Positions 29,128 to 37,561 of a stretch of 64,000 nucleotides of DNA are shown piece after piece. Within the stretch, counting starts at the first letter, position 1; each line of letters begins with the position of its first letter. The translations under genes were made by a program, and so were the position numbers. Under the pieces are notes generated by a model, which worked only from the letters and a program-made list of their open reading frames with translations, made no database searches and had not been told where the DNA came from. Source of the DNA: Candidatus Zixiibacteriota bacterium (GTDB lineage Bacteria; Zixibacteria; MSB-5A5; UBA10806; 4484-95); the NCBI GenBank assembly GCA_037441845.1, contig JBBIRK010000006.1, forward strand, positions 32,001 to 96,000, written 5' to 3'.

Positions 29128-30716
29128 CCAAACGTTACTTTCCGATTCTTGCCGCAATCATCGTAGTTGCCGTTTTTTGGCAAACGGCGTCTCCATCGTC
29201 GCAGCATATCCGCAAAATTCGGATAAATAGGCTCAACGTTTTCGACAACGAATTACAGGGGAAAAATCGATGGTATTACCGACTGGCAAATCGATTGCAT
29301 TTCAAGACAAGGGAGTCCGTGATCCGCAGGGAACTGACGCTTGGCGAGGGCGACGCTTTCAACGACGCCGATTTGGAAGAAAGCTTACGCAACCTCAGGC
29401 GACTCACATTTATCGGTGAAGTCAAGGCGGATATTCAAAATCACACTCCTGATACGCTCGATCTGATTATTCAAACCGAAGACCTTTGGACCACTGTTTT
29501 CGGGGTTTCCGGCGAGGGCGGCGGCGGCAACTGGGAAATAGAGTTATACGGCGACGAAAAGAATCTGGCGGGACTCGGAATCGAGATCGGCTGTCTGCTG
29601 CAACTGAATTCGGATGAGAACAACGGATGGGGGATATACTTCAACGACCGACGGTTCGCCGGTTTGCCGGTGGCCATCGAATTTACGGGTGAAAACTTTT
29701 CTTTATCCGATAGATATTACGCGCGGGTCGCTAAACCGGTTTATAAGCTCGCCGACCGCTGGGACATTTCGGCCGCGTTCGAGCGGGTCGATGTCACCAG
29801 ACGTTTGTATAGCTCCGGAATTGAGCATTTTCGCTTTCATCAAAAACAACGCAGTCGTTCGATCATGGTCAGCCGGGTGTTTGGAACCGATAATCGGGCG
29901 ATCCCCCGCCTCGGCTTTCAATATGAAAAAGACGTATATGATTCTATCTCATCGTCGCCGCTTAATTCCACCTACCTGCCGGATAACGAAATTCAGGCCG
30001 GTCCCGGCGCCGCCTTTCGTTTCGCGCGACTCGATTTCGATACCGTGCGATACCTTGACGAGCCGGGCAACACCGAGGATATCCAGTTGACCTGGTCGGC
30101 CGAGGTATCCGCATACTTTTCCGCCGAAGATTTCGGGGGGAGTTTTGATGCGTCTTTTTGGAATCTGCAATTCAGCTCCTTGCGGCGAATCTCGAAAAAA
30201 ACCTATTTGGGGGTTCGAGAGATTTATTCTTATCGCCTTTACGCCGGCAGAAAAGATCGCATTCTAAACAACGCCGAGGCGGTCCTTTATTTCAAACCGC
30301 GGCCGCTACATACTCTTGCCTTGCGCGGATTGTCGGTTTTCGCCTGGAGACAGAAAAGCGATTACCAAATGCTGCTCGGCGGTGCCTCCGGGCTACGCGG
30401 ATATCCCGATAAATACTTCGATGGCAGCCGTCTGTTGTTATTCAACGCCGAGTATAGATTTTTCGCGCCGATTAAAATCCTGACCGTGATCCCCGGGGCG
30501 GCGCTTTTTTTCGATGCTGGCAATGTTTGGGATAACGATCAGGCGATCGATTTAAGCAAGCTGTGGAGGAATTTCGGTATAGGACTGCGTTTCGGACTTA
30601 CCAGATCATCGACCGCCAAAATCATTCGAATCGATCTGGCGCGTGGAATCGACGAACGCTCGACCTATATTTCATTCGGAACCGGCAATGTTTTCGATCT
30701 TAAACCATTTCAATAG
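29124..30716 (+). CDS. Omp85 (BamA/TamA)-family outer-membrane protein with POTRA-like domain
   Basis: Signal peptide, KTRESVIRREL...ESLRNLR POTRA-like segment, LGGASGLRGY, NAEYR, FFDAG and GIGLR motifs. Confidence 0.85.
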   Translation: MTKRYFPILAAIIVVAVFWQTASPSSQHIRKIRINRLNVFDNELQGKNRWYYRLANRLHFKTRESVIRRELTLGEGDAFNDADLEESLRNLRRLTFIGEVKADIQNHTPDTLDLIIQTEDLWTTVFGVSGEGGGGNWEIELYGDEKNLAGLGIEIGCLLQLNSDENNGWGIYFNDRRFAGLPVAIEFTGENFSLSDRYYARVAKPVYKLADRWDISAAFERVDVTRRLYSSGIEHFRFHQKQRSRSIMVSRVFGTDNRAIPRLGFQYEKDVYDSISSSPLNSTYLPDNEIQAGPGAAFRFARLDFDTVRYLDEPGNTEDIQLTWSAEVSAYFSAEDFGGSFDASFWNLQFSSLRRISKKTYLGVREIYSYRLYAGRKDRILNNAEAVLYFKPRPLHTLALRGLSVFAWRQKSDYQMLLGGASGLRGYPDKYFDGSRLLLFNAEYRFFAPIKILTVIPGAALFFDAGNVWDNDQAIDLSKLWRNFGIGLRFGLTRSSTAKIIRIDLARGIDERSTYISFGTGNVFDLKPFQ

Positions 30717-32163
30717 TTGCCGGCGGGGGTTCTGGCTCTTGTTCGTAGGGCTGGTCCTCGTCCGACTGATAATGGCGCTGATAGTGGATCCGGCGCCGCA
30801 GGAAACGTATTATTGGAATTACTCCCGCCATCCGGCGCTCTCGTACTATGACCATCCCCCGTTCGTCGCCTGGCTTTTGCGCGCATCCACCTCGATTTTC
30901 GGGGACAACGCTTTTGCGCTTCATTTGCCTGCGGTGGCCATCTCTTTGCTTCTGACTTTCGTTTTTTTTCGTTTTCTGTCCGGCTTATATAACGAAAAAA
31001 TCGCGTTTTGGGCGGTCGTGCTATCCTGTTCGATATTGCTGTTTTCGATCGGCTCGCTTATCACGACACCCGATGTCCCCTTGCTTTTTTTCTGGCTCCT
31101 TTTGATTATCGTTTTTCATCGAGCCATGACCGAACAAAAGATGATATGGTGGCTGCTGACTGGCGCAGTCGCCGGCGCGGCCATGCTTTCCAAATACACG
31201 GCCATTTTCGCGATTGCAGGAGCGGGGTTGTTCTTGATAATTTCCCCTGAAAGACGAAAACTGATTTTCGGCGGCGGTCCTGTTTTGGCAGGTTTGACTG
31301 CCGCTTTGGTATTTTTGCCGGTCATCATTTGGAATGTGCATCACGGCTGGGCCAGTTTTCTTTTTCAGACCGGTCGCCGGGCCGCCGAATCCACGGGGAT
31401 CCGGCTCGACTATTTCGCCGGATTTCTCGGAGTGCAATTCGCGGTAGGAGGGCTGTCGATATTGCCGTTTTCGCTTTATGCGATTTTCGCCGCCGCCCGA
31501 AAACCGCGGAACGAATCGGAGCTGTTATTCGCTTGTTTGGCGGTGCCGATGATAATCGTTTTCGGCGTGGTTTCGTTTTTTCATTATGTCAAGATGAATT
31601 GGCTGGCTCCGGCCTATCTTTCCGGCGTGGCGCTGTTGGCTTGCCGTCTGCCGGAGCAGCGCCGCCCGTTCTTCGGCCTCGTTTTCCGAATTTCGCTTGC
31701 TCTGGCCGTCATTTTTGCGATATTGACGCACATGTTGGTGGCGATACCCGCCGTGGGCATGGGCCGTGCCGATTTGATTTCAGGGTGGGATGAATTGGCT
31801 GCGAAGATCGACCCGATACGCCGCGAGATTGCGGATTCGGGTCCGCATTTCGTCTGCGGCTACGATTACAAGACCGCCTCCCAGCTCGCCTTTCACCTTG
31901 CCGACAAGCCCGAAGTCTATGCCAACAACATTTTCGGAGAAAACGGGCTTGCCTATAATTACTGGGTCGACACGAATGACCTGGTAGGTTTGAATTGTAT
32001 TTTGGTTATCGATTCGAGAAGCGGCTACCGCAACGCCCGCCCGCTGACCGATTATTTCGAAAACATCTCCTCACCCGAGCTGATTACGATAGCACGCGCG
32101 GGCAGGAAAATCACCGATTTTACGATTTATCGTTGTTATGGCTACAAAGGGGATCTTCGATGA
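30688..32163 (+). CDS. GT-C membrane glycosyltransferase (GT39/ArnT-like)
   Basis: ETYYWNYSRHPALSYYDHPP, TPDVP, LSKYT and PVIIWN motifs; multiple TM helices. Confidence 0.88.
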   Translation: MFSILNHFNSCRRGFWLLFVGLVLVRLIMALIVDPAPQETYYWNYSRHPALSYYDHPPFVAWLLRASTSIFGDNAFALHLPAVAISLLLTFVFFRFLSGLYNEKIAFWAVVLSCSILLFSIGSLITTPDVPLLFFWLLLIIVFHRAMTEQKMIWWLLTGAVAGAAMLSKYTAIFAIAGAGLFLIISPERRKLIFGGGPVLAGLTAALVFLPVIIWNVHHGWASFLFQTGRRAAESTGIRLDYFAGFLGVQFAVGGLSILPFSLYAIFAAARKPRNESELLFACLAVPMIIVFGVVSFFHYVKMNWLAPAYLSGVALLACRLPEQRRPFFGLVFRISLALAVIFAILTHMLVAIPAVGMGRADLISGWDELAAKIDPIRREIADSGPHFVCGYDYKTASQLAFHLADKPEVYANNIFGENGLAYNYWVDTNDLVGLNCILVIDSRSGYRNARPLTDYFENISSPELITIARAGRKITDFTIYRCYGYKGDLR

Positions 32164-33065
32164 GTTTGATTAAAACCGGGATTCCGGTGATTCCTCTTCT
32201 GAATCGCGGCAAGGTGAGGGATATTTATGATCTGGGCGAAAACCTGCTGATAGTGGCCACTGATCGGATCTCGGCTTTCGACTGGGTTTTGCCCACCCCG
32301 ATACCCGGTAAAGGCAAAATTCTAACCTCCATGTCCGCCTTTTGGTTCGCAAAATACGAGAGCATGATTCCCAATCATTTGCTTACGACGCGCTTTGCCG
32401 ATTTCCCCGAAAATCTCAAGCCGTATCGAGAGCAATTAGAGGGTCGCTCGATGTTGGTTCGCAAGGCGAAGCGGATCGATATCGAATGTGTCGCTCGGGG
32501 TTATTTGGTCGGCTCGGGCTATAAAGACTATCTTGCCCTACGCCCGAACGCCGATGGGTTCTTGAATCTGCACGATAATCTTTTGCCGGCCGGCTTGAAA
32601 TTAGCCGAACGATTGCCCGAACCGATTTTTACTCCTGCCACCAAAGAAGAATCGGGTCACGACCGGAATATCGGCTATTCCGAGATGGTCGGGATGGTCG
32701 GCGAAGAGCTTGCCATTCGCATGAAAAAAATCACGCTCGATATCTTTTCGGCGGCAGCGAATTACGCCCTGGGCAAAGGAATCATAATCGCCGATACGAA
32801 ATTCGAATTCGGCTTGCTGGGCGAAAAGCTGATATTGATCGATGAGATTTTATCGCCCGATTCCTCGCGTTTCTGGCCGTTGTCCTCGTATAAGGCAGGT
32901 TCCAATCCTCCCAGTTACGACAAGCAGTTGGTAAGGGATTGGCTCGAACAAACCGGATGGGACAAACAGTCGCCGCCACCGGAACTGCCAGCCGAAATAG
33001 TGAATAAGACCGTCGAGATTTATCGGGAGGCTCATCGCCGATTGGTGGGGAGGGATATTGATTAA
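32160..33065 (+). CDS. purC: SAICAR synthetase
   Basis: GKVRDIY, TDRISAFD, IECVARGY, FTPATK, IADTKFEFG and PDSSRFW motifs. Confidence 0.97.
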   Translation: MSLIKTGIPVIPLLNRGKVRDIYDLGENLLIVATDRISAFDWVLPTPIPGKGKILTSMSAFWFAKYESMIPNHLLTTRFADFPENLKPYREQLEGRSMLVRKAKRIDIECVARGYLVGSGYKDYLALRPNADGFLNLHDNLLPAGLKLAERLPEPIFTPATKEESGHDRNIGYSEMVGMVGEELAIRMKKITLDIFSAAANYALGKGIIIADTKFEFGLLGEKLILIDEILSPDSSRFWPLSSYKAGSNPPSYDKQLVRDWLEQTGWDKQSPPPELPAEIVNKTVEIYREAHRRLVGRDID

Positions 33066-34587
33066 ACGTGCCTTAATATCCACATACGACAAAAGCGGGC
33101 TGGAGAAACTAGCCGGTTTTCTTCAAGAGCGCGGGATAAAAATGATATCGTCGGGCGGTACCTACGATTTTTTAAGGCAGATCGGTATCACCGTCAGTAA
33201 AGTCAGCGAAATCACCGGATTCCCGGAAATCCTTGCCGGCCGAGTGAAAACGCTTCACCCCGCAATTCACGCCGGAATCCTTTGCCGGGCCGATCAGGAG
33301 GCCGAACTTATGGCCAACGGATTCGAAACTATCGATCTGGTCGTCGTCAATCTTTATCCATTCGAGGAGGTCGTATCGGCGGGAGTCAATCTCGACGAAG
33401 CGCTCGAAAATATCGATATCGGCGGACCGGCCATGCTGCGCGCAGCCGCCAAGAATTTTCCTCGAGTCACCGCCGTCTGTTCGCCCGATTATTACGACGA
33501 CCTTATGGACGAAATGAAAACTCATGGTGACGATACCAGTCTCGAATTCAGGCGGAAGATGGCCCGCCTGGTGTTCGCCGGAGTCAGCGCCTATGACAAT
33601 GCCATAGCTCAATACTTGATCGGCGGCGATTGGCTTTTCCCGGAACGGATAAGTATCACGCTGCAAAAGCAAGCAAATCTTCGCTACGGCGAAAACCCTC
33701 ATCAGCAAGCGGCCCTGTACGGCGAACCGGCTTTCGTTTCATCGTCATTGGTTAATTCGAGAATTTTATCGGGCAAGGAGCTTTCATTCAACAACATATG
33801 GGACCTCGAATCGGCTTTGCTCATGGCTTTGGATTTCGAACAGCCGTTTGCTGCGGTGATCAAACATACCAATCCCTGTGGCGCCGCCGTGGGCAAAACC
33901 TTGGCCGAGGCCTATGCCAAGGCTCTGGCCGGCGACCCGCTCTCGGCGTTCGGCTCGGTGATTTCGTTGAATCGAACCGTGGACATCGATACCGCCCGAC
34001 TATTGCATGAAACGGAATTCATTGAATGCGTGCTGGCGCCTGATTTTTCGCCGGAGGCACTCGAACTGATGAAAAAGAAGAAAAACAGGCGCTTGGTCGC
34101 CGTCGGGCAGTTGAAACCGCCGCCGGAAAGTCATTTCGAGCTGCGCATGCTTTTGGGGGGTGCGCTTGTGCAAACCCGAGACAATCGCGAAATCAAGGCC
34201 CAGGATCTTCGGCTGGTGACCTCGATCCAGCCGACCACCTCGGAAATCGAAGATCTGCTGTTCGGCTTCAAACTGGTCAAGCATGTCAAATCGAACGCCG
34301 TTCTCATTTGTCGCGATGGCGCCGCCGTCGGCATAGGACCCGGGCAGACAAGCCGGGTTGACGCCTCGCTTATTGCCGTGCGCAAGGCCGGTGAACGGGC
34401 CAAGGGGGCGGTGGCGGCCTCCGATGCTTTTTTCCCGATGCCTGATGGGCTGGAGGTTTTGGCGAATGCCGGGGTCCGGGCGGTAATTCAGCCCGGTGGA
34501 AGCAAAGGTGACCCGGAAGTTATCGCCGCGGCCGAAAGGTTTGGGGTTGCGATGGTTTTCAGCGGTATCAGACATTTCCGGCATTAG
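33058..34587 (+). CDS. purH: Bifunctional AICAR transformylase/IMP cyclohydrolase
   Basis: GRVKTLHP, IDIGGP, LRYGENPHQ, KHTNPCG, ASDAFFP and GIRHFRH motifs. Confidence 0.97.
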   Translation: MIKRALISTYDKSGLEKLAGFLQERGIKMISSGGTYDFLRQIGITVSKVSEITGFPEILAGRVKTLHPAIHAGILCRADQEAELMANGFETIDLVVVNLYPFEEVVSAGVNLDEALENIDIGGPAMLRAAAKNFPRVTAVCSPDYYDDLMDEMKTHGDDTSLEFRRKMARLVFAGVSAYDNAIAQYLIGGDWLFPERISITLQKQANLRYGENPHQQAALYGEPAFVSSSLVNSRILSGKELSFNNIWDLESALLMALDFEQPFAAVIKHTNPCGAAVGKTLAEAYAKALAGDPLSAFGSVISLNRTVDIDTARLLHETEFIECVLAPDFSPEALELMKKKKNRRLVAVGQLKPPPESHFELRMLLGGALVQTRDNREIKAQDLRLVTSIQPTTSEIEDLLFGFKLVKHVKSNAVLICRDGAAVGIGPGQTSRVDASLIAVRKAGERAKGAVAASDAFFPMPDGLEVLANAGVRAVIQPGGSKGDPEVIAAAERFGVAMVFSGIRHFRH

Positions 34588-35165
34588 CGTCGCTTGCCCG
34601 TTGTGATAAAGCAGTGCCCGAACCCATTCTTTTATAGCCTAAAGAGCGCCAGTTATAGCAATCACCCGATGATCATGACTCCGGCCCTGGGGTTTTAGGC
34701 CACGATAAGTAATGAGAGGAATCATAGAACATTGGGTATAGAGGCTCCGGGAAAATCTGTGATTACGGCCAATATCTGATGTGATCGTCTATCGGTACCA
34801 AAATCATGCCGGTCGTGGAACAGCCTCGGGGCTGGAAACGCCAACTGTCCCATCTTATTTTAGAGTTGTCAGCCACTTGCGAGATCGGAGATTTAACCGC
34901 CTGTTTTGAACCTCCTCAATTTGCCTGACACATCAGTATGGCATCCTTGGTGAGGGATGGTCGATGAGGCCGATGATATTAATCATGCCTTCTTTATCGT
35001 AATGATTATTACGTGACCGGTATCGGCAATTTAATGAGCGGGACCGACTTCCCGACATGTTTCACGAAATAGCAGTTGACATGGACCCTATTTTATACTT
35101 TAATATATCCGCTATCGATGGCTGATTATTTTCGGCCATTTGCAGCGATATATCTAATTTTCGGC

Positions 35166-35195
35166 TTGACAAAAAAGCGGGTTAGGCTCTATTTT
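35166..35195 (+). promoter_or_regulatory. sigma70-like promoter of rex
   Basis: TTGACA-N18-TATTTT. Confidence 0.6.
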
Positions 35196-35199
35196 TAAT

Positions 35200-35217
35200 T
35201 TGTGAAACAGTTCACAA
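35200..35217. promoter_or_regulatory. Rex operator (ROP)
   Basis: TTGTGAA-ACAG-TTCACAA matches the Rex consensus exactly and lies directly upstream of rex. Confidence 0.92.
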
Positions 35218-35242
35218 ATAATTGCAGAAGCAGAGAATTCAA

Positions 35243-35881
35243 ATGGCTAAATTGACCAGAAAAATCTCCGAATCGACCATTCATCGCCTCTCCATCTATT
35301 ATCGCGCCCTGGTCGCTCTCGAACGGGACAACTACACCACGATTTCCTCGAAAGAGCTCGCCAAGCGCGAAAAACTTACTCCGGCCCAGGTCCGCAAAGA
35401 CCTCTCATTTTTCGGTAGTTTCGGCACCCGGGGCCTTGGGTATCCGGTGGTGGAACTGAAAAATAAAATCGCCGAAATACTCGGTTTGACCCGCCTCTGG
35501 AACGTCGCTTTAATAGGGGTGGGAAATATAGGCTCGGCGCTTGCGCAATACAAAGAATTCGCCAAACAAGGGTTCAATATCAAATTGGTGTTCGATAACG
35601 ATCAGCGCAAAATCGGTTCCAACCACAAAGGGATAATCGTCTCGGATATCAGGGAATTCAGGAAACTCGCCCAGACCGAACAAATTGATATCGTCATAAT
35701 CGCCGTTCCGGCACAGGCCGCCCAGGCGATCTGCGACGAAGTGGTCAGCGCCGGCATAAAGGCGATTCTCAATTTCGCACCGATAAACCTGAAAGTCCCG
35801 GACGACGTGATTCTTCGCAATCAAAACATGTGCATCGAACTCGAGCATCTCGCCTTCGCTCTGTCAAATCCGGGCAATTAA
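35243..35881 (+). CDS. rex: Redox-sensing transcriptional repressor Rex
   Basis: TIHRLSIYYR, ISSKEL, QVRKDLSFFGSFGTRGLGY, GVGNIG and ILNFAP motifs. Confidence 0.97.
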   Translation: MAKLTRKISESTIHRLSIYYRALVALERDNYTTISSKELAKREKLTPAQVRKDLSFFGSFGTRGLGYPVVELKNKIAEILGLTRLWNVALIGVGNIGSALAQYKEFAKQGFNIKLVFDNDQRKIGSNHKGIIVSDIREFRKLAQTEQIDIVIIAVPAQAAQAICDEVVSAGIKAILNFAPINLKVPDDVILRNQNMCIELEHLAFALSNPGN

Positions 35882-36011
35882 GCGGATTGAGCTATCCCGA
35901 GACAATGATTTTAATAGAGTATCGCGATCAATTACTGATTGAAGGTATGGAATGGAGATTCCGGAGAACAAGAGGGTTTCGATATGGGGGCGGAAATAAT
36001 CGATATTTCGC

Positions 36012-36041
36012 TTGACATTATGGACCCCGTTAAGTTATTTT
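36012..36041 (+). promoter_or_regulatory. sigma70-like promoter
   Basis: TTGACA-N18-TATTTT. Confidence 0.55.
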
Positions 36042-36073
36042 AGTAAAGGAATGTGTAAATCGGTGGGCAAGGA

Positions 36074-36481
36074 ATGAATGTGAAGAATATTTCGGTTGCG
36101 TTTTTATTATTGACGATATTGGCCGCTGGAGCAGTCGCTCAGGAACTATTGGGCACGGCCTGCGAGCCATACGGCTCGGTCACGATGCGGGGTGAACCGG
36201 CGGCCGATAATCTGCCGGTTGTTGCTTATATCGATGGTGTTGAGATGGCCCGCGGAGCGACTTTGGGCGGTCAGTATCTTCTGCTGATACCCAAAGATAA
36301 TCCGGAGACGACCGAGAAAGACGGTTGGGCCGAGGGTGACGTCATCATCATAAAGGTCAACGGAAATCATGCCAATCCGGCGTTTGCCGCGGTAGCCGGC
36401 AGAATCCGGGTTGATCTTAGTATCAGCGCCCTTGATGTCAGATTGGATACCTGGGGCAAGATCAAGGCGCTATTCAAATAA
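36074..36481 (+). CDS. Secreted hypothetical protein with C-terminal TWGKIKALFK motif
   Basis: Signal peptide (AVA-Q), small beta-rich domain, own promoter and terminator. Confidence 0.8.
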   Translation: MNVKNISVAFLLLTILAAGAVAQELLGTACEPYGSVTMRGEPAADNLPVVAYIDGVEMARGATLGGQYLLLIPKDNPETTEKDGWAEGDVIIIKVNGNHANPAFAAVAGRIRVDLSISALDVRLDTWGKIKALFK

Positions 36482-36520
36482 GTCTTTATATCCTAACTTA
36501 CCCGATATTTTCGAAAATTA

Positions 36521-36556
36521 AAAACCCGGTCGTTAGAGCGGCCGGGCTTGGTTTTA
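36521..36556 (+). terminator. Probable terminator
   Basis: CCCGGTCG-TTAGAG-CGGCCGGG stem flanked by A- and T-rich runs. Confidence 0.6.
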
Positions 36557-36672
36557 TCTTTGCCGTGATTATATAATTATGGCCTTGCATAGAAACCCCG
36601 GACAATGTAAACTTGTTGTGGAATTGATATCAATTACAGATTTTCGTCAACGCAAGGAAAGGGAGTTGGCAA

Positions 36673-37011
36673 ATGAAGTTATCTCATAGAGAAACAGAAG
36701 GCGTGATCGTCCTCGAGCCGAAGGGGAAAATCATGGGTGGACCCGATGCCACCATGCTGCATGATCTACTACATGAGTTTATCGATCAAAACAAGAAAAA
36801 AGTCGTAATAGATCTATCCAAAGTCGAATGGATGAATTCCACCGGGCTCGGTATCCTGATATCGGGCTTGACGACGCTTCGCAACAACGGCGGCGAATTG
36901 AAGCTGGCGGGAGTTACCGAAAAGATCGAATCGCTACTGACGATAACCAAACTCATCACCGTTTTCGATAATTACGATAGTGTCGACGAGGCCGTGAAAA
37001 GCTTCAAATAG
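36673..37011 (+). CDS. STAS-domain anti-anti-sigma factor (RsbV-like)
   Basis: IDLSKVEWMNSTGLGILI contains the conserved phospho-Ser; GGELKL motif. Confidence 0.93.
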   Translation: MKLSHRETEGVIVLEPKGKIMGGPDATMLHDLLHEFIDQNKKKVVIDLSKVEWMNSTGLGILISGLTTLRNNGGELKLAGVTEKIESLLTITKLITVFDNYDSVDEAVKSFK

Positions 37012-37114
37012 CGGCTCCTTTTGCGTCAATCCCGGCATGGAGGACGGCAAAAGTCCGCCCGCGACGCCGGCAAAAACAGCTCGCCGCAGGCGAAGCCTTT
37101 AATCTGGATAGCCT

Positions 37115-37540
37115 ATGGATAAACCGGAGACCTCGGGCAACATTATCAAAATTCCTTCGGAAACCAAATATATTGCCGATGTCGATGAGTTTATCGAAAG
37201 CAGGCTCAAAGACGCCGGTCTGAATAATTCGATCGTCGCGGATCTGGCGATATCCGTCACGGAAATCGTCAATAATGCGATAGTGCATGGCAATGGGGGA
37301 GATGCCGGTAAAATCGTCCAGGTTCAATTAAATATGACCGCCGACAAAGTGGAGATCAGGGTCAAAGACCAAGGACGTGGATTCGATCCCGATAAAATTC
37401 CCGATCCGCTTGCCGAGGCGAATCTGCTCAATGTCGTTGGGCGGGGGCTGTTCATCGTAAGATCATTAATGGATAGCGTGGAGTTCAATTTTAGCGATAA
37501 CGGAACCGAAATTGTTTTAATCAAATCGATCGATAAATAG
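37115..37540 (+). CDS. Anti-sigma factor Ser kinase (RsbW-like)
   Basis: TEIVNNAIVHGN, DQGRGF and GRGLFI HATPase motifs. Confidence 0.93.
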   Translation: MDKPETSGNIIKIPSETKYIADVDEFIESRLKDAGLNNSIVADLAISVTEIVNNAIVHGNGGDAGKIVQVQLNMTADKVEIRVKDQGRGFDPDKIPDPLAEANLLNVVGRGLFIVRSLMDSVEFNFSDNGTEIVLIKSIDK

Positions 37541-37561
37541 TCCCGCCTTGCCGGCAGTCGC

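Noticed and set aside
34588..35100. tmRNA, RNase P RNA, ZTP riboswitch, CRISPR array or stop-readthrough ORF in the purH-rex gap
   Set aside because: No conserved terminal or core motifs on either strand. The repeated ATCAT words are irregularly spaced. The frame continuing from purH hits TAG, TGA and TAA stops and is not protein-like.
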